The position numbers and the translations under genes were made by a program. Shown piece by piece: positions 18,416 through 27,247 of a stretch of 64,000 nt of DNA. A model generated the notes under the pieces. It was not told the origin of the DNA, did not search any database, and saw only the letters and a list, made by a program, of their open reading frames with translations. The stretch comes from Acidobacteriota bacterium. Lineage in GTDB: Bacteria > Bacteroidota > Ignavibacteria > UBA10030 > UBA8401. Positions within the stretch are counted from its first letter, which is position 1, and each line of letters opens with the position of its first letter. The DNA lies in the NCBI GenBank assembly GCA_050258555.1, contig JBLMZA010000129.1, positions 21,026 to 85,025 of the forward strand, read 5' to 3'.

Positions 18416-21154
18416 ATGCCCGATTTCACACTCACATTCGATCCGGCTTCCGCGCGCGTCACGCAGTCGCTCAACGGGCTCTGGGAAATCGCCCCCGGCG
18501 ATGAAGCGCGTCCGCTCGAGGAGTTCACGCGAGTGATCCCCGTGCCGTCGCTCGTCGATTGCGCCGAGCCCTCGTACGAGTGGCAGCGCTACGACTATCA
18601 CTGGTACCGGGCGCGCTTTTCGGTGCGCGGCGAAGGCGAACTGCGCTCGCTGTTTCTGAAGCTCCGGCACTCGATGTACACGACCGCCGTCTGGATCAAC
18701 GACGAACCGGCCGGCAGCTCCATCTCCTGCTATACCCCGCAGCTCTACAGGATCGATGAATCGTACCGCGACGGCGCGCCCAATGAGATCCTCATCCGCG
18801 TCGGCGCCCGCCAGACGCTTCCTCCGGAAAGCGCCGCAGGCAAAGACCAGGAGCGCAGCGCATTCATTCCGGGCATCTGGGGCGATGTCGAGCTCTCGGC
18901 ATCGGGCGAAGTGCGCATCACATCCATCCAGACAATCCCGCACATCCGGCGCTCGGTGGCCGAAGTGCGCGTGCGGATCGAAAACATATCGTCGAGCTCG
19001 CGGCATTGCAGCGTCGTTGCCGCCATCCAGGAGCGGGCGTCCAAACGCCCGGCTTCCGATCTGATTCCGAAGGAGGTCGCGCTTTCGGCCTACGGCGCCG
19101 AGTGCGTCACCTTCCAGATCCCGATCGAGCCCCTCCGGCTGTGGTCTCCCGAGTCGCCCTTTCTCTACACGGTGCACGTCACCGTGCAGGAATCCTCACA
19201 GCTGCATGACAGCGATCGGGCCTCATTCGGCATGCGCGAATTCTCGATCGAGGGACCGGACTTTCTGCTCAACGGCAGGAAGATCATGCTTCGCGGCGGC
19301 AATATCGCGCTGCACCGGTTCTTTTCCGACCGAATGCGAAAACTCCTGCCCTGGGATGAAGAGTGGATCAGAAAAGTGCTCGTCGATATTCCGCGCGCGC
19401 ACCATTTCAATTTCTTCCGGAACCACATCGGTCCGCTCTATCACCGGTGGTATGACATCGCCGACGAACACGGCATCCTGCTTCAGAATGAATGGCCGTT
19501 CTGGGGCTCTACGGGTTCGAAGGAGGAGATCAGAAAAGAATTCCGAGAGTGGATTCTGGATGCGTGCAACCATCCGAGCATCGTCATCTGGGATCCGCTC
19601 AACGAGTCGAGCGATGATGTGATCCGCTACGAGATCGTGCCCGAGATGAAAAAACTCGATCCGACACGGCCCTGGGAGTCGGTCGACTTTTTCGAGGAAC
19701 ATCCCTACATCTATTCGCTCGGCATGGTGCTCAACGGCCGCGCCTTCGGCTTTGCCCGCCCGCTCGACGAGATCGCGCGCTCGGCAACGCCCTCGATGGT
19801 GAATGAATTTTTGTGGTGGTGGCTCGATGCCGCAAACGCCCCGGCGCCGCTCATGAAGGGGATTACCGAGCGCTGGCTCGGGCGCACCTGGAGCCGGGAG
19901 GAACTCATCGAGCGCCAGAGCTTTTTGGCGTGCGAGCTTGTGGAGCTCTTCCGTCGTCTGCGCGTGCGGGCCATACAGCCCTTCGTCTACATCAGCAACA
20001 ACGACGGCCCCACAGGCAACTGGTTCGAGGGCGATATCGCCCTTGCGCGTCCGAAGCCCGTCATGAAGGCGCTGGCCAATGCCTTCCATCCCTTCGGCGT
20101 TTCGATCGAGCTCTGGGACCGGCATTTTGCCGCAGGCGAACGGCGCGAAGTGCGCGTCTTCCTCTTCAACGACACGCCTTCGGAAAAGCGCGGCGTGCTG
20201 CGCGTGTGGATCCGTCCCGAAGGTGCGCCTGGAGAGACGAATCCGCCGGGGGATGAGCAGACGCTCAGCGTGAGCGTCAAGGCCGGAGAGACAGTGATTG
20301 TGCCCGTGACGCTCGAGCTGCCGGCTTCCGCCGGCACATACATGCTCAAGGCGGAACTGACGGCCGTGGACGAAGTCTCGATCTTTTCTTCGCTTGCTGC
20401 GTCCGCATCGGAACCTGAAACCAAGGCGTCCGATGCCTGGAGCGAGAAAGTGCTCCATGTCTTTGAGCCGGTGGTGATGCCGCAGCATATCCGGCAGTCG
20501 GAGCTTGCCGTCTGGGACCCGAGCGGAGAGCTTCAGGCGTTCTTGGGGCTTCCCCTGAAACCGTGTGCGATTTCCAATGCGACCGGCATCGTTCTCACCC
20601 ATGGCGCCGTGATCGCACACGCCGAGTACCAGAAGCTGCTGCCCGAGCTCTCGACATTTGTGCGCAGAGGCGGAACGCTCATCGTCATCGAGCCCGAATA
20701 CCGCACGACCGGATCGGTCTCTGTGGCGCTTCTGCAGGATGTGGAACTCCGGATCACCCAGCGCAAGGATCTCGACAAAGGCGGATACGACTCGTATGTC
20801 TTTCCGGAGGATGAATCGCATCCGGTCTGGAAGGGCATCACGAAGGAGCATCTGAAGATGTTCAACGGCGCCTTGGGCGGCGAAGTCGTTTCGGAACACG
20901 ACATCGACGTCTCGGTCCACTGCCGCACGCTGGCATCGTGCGGACTGGGGCTGGGCGTGAAGGCGATGATCGAAATTCCGCATGCGAAGGGGCGCGTGAT
21001 CGTCTCGCGTCTGCAATGCCGCGGAAGGCTTGTCGCGCGTCAGGGAAGTCCCGATGCGCTCTATGCGCGCCGCACGGATCCCGTGATGCAGCGCCTTGTG
21101 CTGAATCTGATCGACTACGGCCTGGGCGCGCCGGTGCCGGCTCCGACACTATAA
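18416..21154 (+). CDS. GH2-family beta-glycosidase, cytoplasmic
   Basis: Start reassigned to MPDFTL; QSLNGLW, PGIWGDV, LWSPESPFLY, FGMREF, NHPSIVIWDPLNES (acid/base), MVNEF (nucleophile candidate); no signal peptide. Confidence 0.85.
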   Translation: MPDFTLTFDPASARVTQSLNGLWEIAPGDEARPLEEFTRVIPVPSLVDCAEPSYEWQRYDYHWYRARFSVRGEGELRSLFLKLRHSMYTTAVWINDEPAGSSISCYTPQLYRIDESYRDGAPNEILIRVGARQTLPPESAAGKDQERSAFIPGIWGDVELSASGEVRITSIQTIPHIRRSVAEVRVRIENISSSSRHCSVVAAIQERASKRPASDLIPKEVALSAYGAECVTFQIPIEPLRLWSPESPFLYTVHVTVQESSQLHDSDRASFGMREFSIEGPDFLLNGRKIMLRGGNIALHRFFSDRMRKLLPWDEEWIRKVLVDIPRAHHFNFFRNHIGPLYHRWYDIADEHGILLQNEWPFWGSTGSKEEIRKEFREWILDACNHPSIVIWDPLNESSDDVIRYEIVPEMKKLDPTRPWESVDFFEEHPYIYSLGMVLNGRAFGFARPLDEIARSATPSMVNEFLWWWLDAANAPAPLMKGITERWLGRTWSREELIERQSFLACELVELFRRLRVRAIQPFVYISNNDGPTGNWFEGDIALARPKPVMKALANAFHPFGVSIELWDRHFAAGERREVRVFLFNDTPSEKRGVLRVWIRPEGAPGETNPPGDEQTLSVSVKAGETVIVPVTLELPASAGTYMLKAELTAVDEVSIFSSLAASASEPETKASDAWSEKVLHVFEPVVMPQHIRQSELAVWDPSGELQAFLGLPLKPCAISNATGIVLTHGAVIAHAEYQKLLPELSTFVRRGGTLIVIEPEYRTTGSVSVALLQDVELRITQRKDLDKGGYDSYVFPEDESHPVWKGITKEHLKMFNGALGGEVVSEHDIDVSVHCRTLASCGLGLGVKAMIEIPHAKGRVIVSRLQCRGRLVARQGSPDALYARRTDPVMQRLVLNLIDYGLGAPVPAPTL

Positions 21155-21191
21155 AAAAATTTCGTCATCCATCATTTTTATTCACGCACGG

Positions 21192-22478
21192 ATGCTACGC
21201 CTGCAGCGTTTTCTTTTTCCGGTCCTTGTATTGTGTGTGCTGTTGTCTCTGTCCGCCTGCAAAGGGACGGGGGACGCTTCGCGCACCGTGATCACATTCT
21301 GGGGTCTGGGCGCGGAAGGCGAAAAAGTGCGCGCGATGATTCCGGAATTCGAGCGGCTCCATCCCGAGATCACCGTGCGCGTGCAGCAGATCCCATGGAC
21401 GGCCGCGCATGAAAAGCTCCTGACCTCGTATGCCGGCAATTCGTCGCCCGACATCTGCCAGCTCGGCAACACCTGGGTGCCGGAGTTCGCGCTTCTGGAG
21501 GCGCTCGAGGATCTCTCGCCCTGGGTCGAGAGCTCGACGGTCGTCCGCAGAGAGCATTATTTTCCCGGCATTCTTGCCACCAACGTGATCGACTCCGCGC
21601 TCTACGGCATCCCGTGGTATGTCGATACGCGCGTGCTTTTTTACCGGAAGGATCTTCTGGCGCGCGTGGGCTACCCCGACGGACCCCGCACCTGGAGCGA
21701 GCTGCATGATGCGTCGAAGAAGCTGGTGGAATCGCGTCTGACGCATACGGGCATCTTCATGCCGGTCACCGAATGGGCGCCGCCGGTGATCTTCGGAATG
21801 CAGAAGGGGTCGACGCTTCTGAAGAACGACAACACCGAAGGCGATTTCAGCGGAAGGGCGTTCACGGAGGCCTTCCGGTTTTATATCGGGCTCTTCGATG
21901 AAAAGCTCGGCCTGGCCACGGCCACCGAGGTGTCCAATATCTATCAGTCGTTCATGGAAGGCTACTTCGCCATGTACATCACGGGACCGTGGAATATCGG
22001 AGAGTTCCAGTCGCGCATCCCGCAATCGCGCCAGGCAATCTGGATGACGGCTCCGCTGCCTTCGCCCGACACGACGTATCCCGGCGCCTCGCTCGCCGGC
22101 GGCGCAAGCATCGTCATGTTCCGCTCCTCGAAGCACAAGGAGGCGGCATGGAAGTTCATCGAATATCTCTCGAGGCAGAAGACGCAGCTCGAGTTTTACC
22201 ATGTCACGGGCAATCTTCCGGCCGTGCGCGAGGCGTGGACGGATTCGTCCCTGGCGCAGAACGTGTATACGCAGGCGTTCTTCCGCCAGTTTTCGCGCGT
22301 CGTTCCCGCGCCGAAGGTGCCCGAGTGGGAGCAGATCGCCATGAAGATGCAGGACTACGCGGAATCCGCGGCCAAGCATGCGATGACGATCGATCAGGCG
22401 CTCGGCGCGTTCGATCGTGATGTCAACAAGATCCTGGAGAAGCGGCGCTGGATGATCGAACGGAAGAAAGGCTCATGA
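21192..22478 (+). CDS. Carbohydrate ABC transporter substrate-binding lipoprotein (CUT1)
   Basis: Lipobox LSAC; PDICQLGNTWVPEF, YGIPWYVDTRVLFYRKDLL, AMYITGPW, GGASI motifs. Confidence 0.92.
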   Translation: MLRLQRFLFPVLVLCVLLSLSACKGTGDASRTVITFWGLGAEGEKVRAMIPEFERLHPEITVRVQQIPWTAAHEKLLTSYAGNSSPDICQLGNTWVPEFALLEALEDLSPWVESSTVVRREHYFPGILATNVIDSALYGIPWYVDTRVLFYRKDLLARVGYPDGPRTWSELHDASKKLVESRLTHTGIFMPVTEWAPPVIFGMQKGSTLLKNDNTEGDFSGRAFTEAFRFYIGLFDEKLGLATATEVSNIYQSFMEGYFAMYITGPWNIGEFQSRIPQSRQAIWMTAPLPSPDTTYPGASLAGGASIVMFRSSKHKEAAWKFIEYLSRQKTQLEFYHVTGNLPAVREAWTDSSLAQNVYTQAFFRQFSRVVPAPKVPEWEQIAMKMQDYAESAAKHAMTIDQALGAFDRDVNKILEKRRWMIERKKGS

Positions 22479-23386
22479 AGAGGATGAACGCAGACACGCG
22501 AACGAAGACGCGCCGGCATTTCTCGGCCGCCTGGTTCTTTCTTGCCCCGGCGCTTTGCGCGCTCACGGCGTTTTTCTTTCTGCCTGTGGCCGCGGCCTTT
22601 GTCATGAGCCTGAGTGACTTCGATATTTATTCGCTGGCCGATTTTTCGAACGCGCGCTTTGTCGGATTCCGCAACTACATCGATCTTATGCACGATCCGC
22701 TCTTTTGGAAGGCGCTCGGCAACACGTTCTACTTTGTTGCGGCCGGCGGTCCGCTCTCGGTGGCCGCATCGCTCTCGGCGGCGCTGCTCATCAATTCGAA
22801 GCTCGTGCGTTTCAAGGGATTCTTCCGCTCGGTGTATTTCCTGCCCGTGGTGACGACGCTCGTGGCGGTCTCGATCGTCTGGCGCTTCCTCTATCATCCG
22901 CGCTACGGCATGCTCAACTATCTGCTCTCGCTTGCCGGCATCAGTCCCGTCGACTGGCTCGGCGATCCCGTCTGGGCGATGCCGGCGATCATTCTGCTTG
23001 CCGTGTGGAAGAACTTCGGCTACAACATGATCATCTTCATTGCCGGGCTGCAGAATATTCCCGACTATTTGTATGAAGCGGCGCGCCTGGACGGCGCCTC
23101 GGCCTGGCAGCAGTTCCGCTCGATCACCGTGCCGATGCTGGCGCCGACCACGTTCTTCGTCGTCATCATCACGATGATCGGATACTTTCAGCTCTTTGCC
23201 GAGCCCTATGTGATGACCGACGGCGGTCCGCTGCAGTCGACGATGAGCGTCGTGCTCATGATGTACAAGGAGGGATTCAAGTGGTGGAGCATGGGGTATT
23301 CGGCCGCCGTGGCCTTCGCGCTCTTTGCGATCATCGCGGGCGCGACCGCGATCCAGATGCTCATACAGAAACAGACACACGAATAG
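22475..23386 (+). CDS. Carbohydrate ABC transporter permease (MalF-like)
   Basis: FVGFRNY, WKNFGYNMIIFIAGLQNIP, EAA motif YEAARLDGAS. Confidence 0.93.
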   Translation: MKRMNADTRTKTRRHFSAAWFFLAPALCALTAFFFLPVAAAFVMSLSDFDIYSLADFSNARFVGFRNYIDLMHDPLFWKALGNTFYFVAAGGPLSVAASLSAALLINSKLVRFKGFFRSVYFLPVVTTLVAVSIVWRFLYHPRYGMLNYLLSLAGISPVDWLGDPVWAMPAIILLAVWKNFGYNMIIFIAGLQNIPDYLYEAARLDGASAWQQFRSITVPMLAPTTFFVVIITMIGYFQLFAEPYVMTDGGPLQSTMSVVLMMYKEGFKWWSMGYSAAVAFALFAIIAGATAIQMLIQKQTHE

Positions 23387-23401
23387 GAAGAACAAGACGC
23401 G

Positions 23402-24220
23402 ATGCGCACGGCCGTGAAATACCTGCTGTTTCTTCTTCTCATCCTCATCGCCCTGGCGACATTGGCGCCGGTCGTCTGGATGGTCTCCGCCTCGTTGATG
23501 CCCTCGGGAGAGGCCGCGACATTTCCGCCGAAGTTCCTTCCGCGCCATCCGACCTTCGAGCATTACCGGACGCTCTTCACGCGGCTGAATCTGGCGCGCT
23601 ACGCGCTCAACAGCGCCGCGCTTTCCGTGCTTGTGACGGCGCTCTCGCTGTTCATCAACTCCATGGCGGGATACGCGTTCGCCAAATACCGCTTCGCCGG
23701 ACGCGAGAGGCTCTTCCGCCTTCTCATCACATCGATGGTCGTGCCGGCGCAGATCACGATGCTTCCGCTGTTCCTGCTGATGAACAAGCTCGGGCTCGTG
23801 AACACCTACTGGGGACTCCTCATTCCCGGCATGGCAAGCATCTTCGGCATCTTCCTCATCCGGCAGTATGCGCTTTCGATTCCCGACAGCCTGATCGAGG
23901 CCGCGCGCATGGACGGCGCGGGCGACTTCGAGATCTATTGGCGCGTCATCCTTCCCTTATGCAAGCCCATCCTTGTGACGCTGGCCATCTTCACATTCAT
24001 GGGCACATGGAACGATTTTTTGTGGCCGCTCATCATCATGACCGACGACTCGATGTACACGCTGCCGGTGGCGCTGCAGAATCTGATGGGAGAGCACACG
24101 CTCGATGTCGAGCTGATGATGGCCGGCTCCGTGCTGACCACGCTTCCGGTGATGATCGTCTTTGTTGCGATGCAGAAATATTACATCGAGGGCATCATGA
24201 TGGGAAGCGTGAAAGGGTGA
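23402..24220 (+). CDS. Carbohydrate ABC transporter permease (MalG-like)
   Basis: AGYAFAK, EAARMDGAG, WNDFLWPLI, QKYYIEGIMMGSVKG. Confidence 0.93.
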   Translation: MRTAVKYLLFLLLILIALATLAPVVWMVSASLMPSGEAATFPPKFLPRHPTFEHYRTLFTRLNLARYALNSAALSVLVTALSLFINSMAGYAFAKYRFAGRERLFRLLITSMVVPAQITMLPLFLLMNKLGLVNTYWGLLIPGMASIFGIFLIRQYALSIPDSLIEAARMDGAGDFEIYWRVILPLCKPILVTLAIFTFMGTWNDFLWPLIIMTDDSMYTLPVALQNLMGEHTLDVELMMAGSVLTTLPVMIVFVAMQKYYIEGIMMGSVKG

Positions 24221-24588
24221 CGCTTAAAAACTTCTAATCCGCATTAGCGATTTCTAACGATGATTTCGCCCGCACGCATGCTATCTTCCCTGTGTCACAA
24301 GACCTGAGCGCTCCCGGAATAGACTGAGTCTGATCATGGCATCGTCATGGCGCCGGAGCGTGCGGGCGGCAAGTTTCGTGTGCTGAATGAGGTGCGTGCG
24401 AGGGGAGACGAACTTACTGCTTGCGCATCCGGCGCTCTTTACCATCGACGGCGGCACCCCGGGGGCGGCTCCGCCCTCCGGCAAAAAAAATGTACTGCTA
24501 TTTAGTAAAATTATTTCTACCTTCCTACAAAAGCCGATTTTCAATTGCTGCCGTCAATTGGGCTTTTCTAACACCACTGAAGACATTT

Positions 24589-25692
24589 GTGAATTTTCCC
24601 GGTCCCGAATATATCAACGCGTCACTGGCCCACGGGCATCTGCATGACTATCTGGAGACGATCATCAATTCGATCGCCGCGCCCGTACTCGTGAAAAACA
24701 ACCGCCACCAGTGGGTGCTGGTCAACGACGCCTGCTGCCGATTCATCGGCCGGACGCGCGAGCAGCTCATCGGGAAGACGGATCACGATTACTTTCCGAA
24801 ACATCAGGCCGATCTCTTCTGGGAGATGGATAACCGTGTGCTTGCGACAAGGCAGGAGCATACCAATGAGGAGGAGCTGATCGACGCAGAGGGTGTGACG
24901 CACACGATTCTGACCACGAAGAATATCCACATCGATCCGCTGGGCGAAGCCTTCGTGGTGGCGGTGCTCACCGACATCACCGACAGGAAGAAAGACGAGG
25001 ACGCGCTCAGCCTCTCGCGCCAGCAGCTGCGCGTGCTCTCGGCGCATACCGAGGCGATGGTGGAAAAGGAGCGCACGCGCATTGCGCGCGAAGTGCACGA
25101 CGAGCTCGGCCAGTCGCTCACGGCGCTGAAGATGGACTGCATGTGGCTTGAGCGGCATTTTGCCGAAAGCCAGCAGGAGCTGAAGGCGCGCACGCGCATG
25201 ATGTCGCAGCTGATCGACGACACGATCAAGACCGTGCGGCGCATCTCGACGGAACTCCGGCCCGAAATGCTCGACGACCTCGGACTGGCCGCGACCATCG
25301 AATGGCAGCTGCAGGAATTTGAAAAGCGCACCGGCATCACCTGGTCCCTCGACCTTCGACCGAAGGAGCTCGAGGTGCCCGATCCGATGAACACGGCCGT
25401 CTACCGCGTCTTCCTTGAGACGCTCACCAATATCGCCCGCCACGCCCAGGCAAGCGCGATGAGCGTGGAGCTGCATGCCGACGAAAGCGAGGTGCGACTG
25501 CGCGTTCAGGACAACGGCGTCGGCATCACGCCCGAAGCGGTGATGCGCTCGAGCTCGCTCGGACTCTTGGGCATACGCGAGCGCGTGGGATTTCTCGGCG
25601 GCTCATTCGAAATCACCGGCGCGCCCGGCAAAGGAACTACTGTTGAAATCAGAATCCCTATTATTCTTTCTCAACTTGGAGGTGAACCATGA
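24589..25692 (+). CDS. Soluble PAS-domain sensor histidine kinase (HisKA_3/NarX-UhpB type)
   Basis: PAS (VNDACCRFIGRTREQLIGKTD...DITDRK), ERTRIAREVHDELGQSLT, ETLTNIARHA, DNGVG, GLLGIRER; start uncertain, GTG 24589 chosen. Confidence 0.88.
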   Translation: MNFPGPEYINASLAHGHLHDYLETIINSIAAPVLVKNNRHQWVLVNDACCRFIGRTREQLIGKTDHDYFPKHQADLFWEMDNRVLATRQEHTNEEELIDAEGVTHTILTTKNIHIDPLGEAFVVAVLTDITDRKKDEDALSLSRQQLRVLSAHTEAMVEKERTRIAREVHDELGQSLTALKMDCMWLERHFAESQQELKARTRMMSQLIDDTIKTVRRISTELRPEMLDDLGLAATIEWQLQEFEKRTGITWSLDLRPKELEVPDPMNTAVYRVFLETLTNIARHAQASAMSVELHADESEVRLRVQDNGVGITPEAVMRSSSLGLLGIRERVGFLGGSFEITGAPGKGTTVEIRIPIILSQLGGEP

Positions 25693-26321
25693 TTCGCATA
25701 ATGATCGTTGACGACCATACTATTGTACGACGCGGATTGAAGGACATTCTGGCCGAAGATCCCGAGTTCTCGGTTGTCTGCGAAGCCGGATCGTACGCGG
25801 AAATGATGGAGCTGTTAGGCAAGAAGAAGCCCGATGTGATATTGCTCGATTTGTCGCTTCCCGACAAGAGCGGGCTCGATATCATCGAGGAAATCGTCGC
25901 AAAGAAGGGCACGCCGCCGATTCTTGTGCTCTCTGTGTATTCGGAAGATCATTACGGCGTGCGCGTGCTCAAAGCCGGCGCTTCGGGCTTCATGAACAAG
26001 GAAGTCGCTCCTTCCGAGCTCATCGCGGCGGTGCATAAGGTCGCAGGCGGCGGCAAGTACGTCTCTTCGGCGCTTGCCGAAAAGATCGCCGGCCGGCTCT
26101 ATGCCGACGCCGATATGGCCATACACGATCTTCTCTCGAACCGCGAGTTCCAGGTGATGAAGATGATCGCCTCCGGAAAGACGCTCACCGAAATCGGCCA
26201 TGAACTCGGGTTGAGCGTGAAGACCATCAGCACCTACCGCATGCGCATCATGGAAAAGACGCGCATGAAGACCAACTCGGAGCTCACGCATTACGCGTTC
26301 CAGCACAAGCTGGTGGAATAA
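25689..26321 (+). CDS. NarL/UvrY-family response regulator (REC + LuxR HTH)
   Basis: IVDDHTIVRRGL, LLDLSLPDKSG, LSNREFQV...LSVKTISTYR; overlaps kinase stop. Confidence 0.95.
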   Translation: MIRIMIVDDHTIVRRGLKDILAEDPEFSVVCEAGSYAEMMELLGKKKPDVILLDLSLPDKSGLDIIEEIVAKKGTPPILVLSVYSEDHYGVRVLKAGASGFMNKEVAPSELIAAVHKVAGGGKYVSSALAEKIAGRLYADADMAIHDLLSNREFQVMKMIASGKTLTEIGHELGLSVKTISTYRMRIMEKTRMKTNSELTHYAFQHKLVE

Positions 26322-26363
26322 AAAAACGCGCAGGCGCGCCGCATCCGGTTTTCTGCATTGCAC

Positions 26364-26421
26364 AATGCCCGCACAGGGAAGAAGGAGAGAGACTGCTTCC
26401 TTCCATCCTTGTGCGGGCATT
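26364..26421. terminator. Long hairpin between convergent genes, probable bidirectional terminator
   Basis: AATGCCCGCACA (26364-26375) / TGTGCGGGCATT (26410-26421) perfect 12-bp inverted repeat with purine/pyrimidine inner pairing. Confidence 0.6.
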
Positions 26422-26453
26422 CGTGTCTCATCACTGCCTGCGCCGTAGGCGTG

Positions 26454-27119
26454 TCAGAGGACTTTGATCATTTCCCCGGGCTTCACGCCGCAGTCGGCGC
26501 AGCCGGTCGTTTTCGATGTCAGCACGAGTCCGCCGCACTTCGGGCAGATATAAAACGGAATGTGCGAAATGGCGCCGTTGTTGTCCGCCGCCTCGCGCAT
26601 GAGCCGTATCTGCGCTTCATCGGCGCGCTTGAAGCGGCGGAATGTCGCGGCGATCTCGTTGAGCTTCTCGGCCTCTGCCGTCGCGATCAGGTTCGGATAC
26701 ATCGATTCGGTCTCGATCTGTTCGTCGCTTACGGCCATGCGCAGCGTCTGCATGGTCGTGCCCACGACGACCTTCTCGGGCGTGTACGGTTTCGGCACGA
26801 CCCCCAGGGCTTTCATCTGCTCAAGATGGGCGGCGGCGTGGATGGCTTCGCTCGCGGCGGCGGCGCGGTAGAGCCGGGCGACATTGGGCAGGTATTCCTT
26901 CGCGGCCTTCTTTGCAAACAGATCGTATGTGTAGGCAAGCCGGGCCTCGCGCGCATAGGCCGTCTGAAGATTTTCAGGCGTCACAAGCGGCTTCTTTTCG
27001 ATCTCCTCCTGCTGGCGGCAGCCTTCCAGTACGGCCACGGATGGAAGAAGCATGCAGAAGGCGAGTGCGGCAGACAGGCGGACGAGTGCGGTGCGATACA
27101 GCGGTTGATGTTGTTTCAT
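26454..27119 (-). CDS. Rubrerythrin-family protein with N-terminal signal/lipoprotein peptide
   Basis: AAGGAGGG RBS before MKQHQ; hydrophobic leader ending LEGC; ENLQTAYARE, SEAIH, EQIETESMYP; C-terminal rubredoxin CPKCG...CADCG. Confidence 0.82.
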   Translation of the reverse strand: MKQHQPLYRTALVRLSAALAFCMLLPSVAVLEGCRQQEEIEKKPLVTPENLQTAYAREARLAYTYDLFAKKAAKEYLPNVARLYRAAAASEAIHAAAHLEQMKALGVVPKPYTPEKVVVGTTMQTLRMAVSDEQIETESMYPNLIATAEAEKLNEIAATFRRFKRADEAQIRLMREAADNNGAISHIPFYICPKCGGLVLTSKTTGCADCGVKPGEMIKVL

Positions 27120-27247
27120 GGCGGAACCCTCCTTGAAAGATGAAAGTTCACTGCCGGTCACAAAGCGGCGGCCGATGCGCGCGGGGATACCGTGCGCACC
27201 CGAATGTACAGGGAAATTCAACGAAAAGAAAGAGGGGGAGGCGCCCT

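Noticed and set aside
24459-24490. GC hairpin followed by an A run as a terminator
   Set aside because: The geometry is wrong for either strand: the U-tract does not follow the stem
24281-24647. Short ORFs 24281-24544 (-) and 24387-24647 (+), and the TTG-start extension of the kinase
   Set aside because: No motifs; they run through AT-rich promoter-like DNA and hairpins
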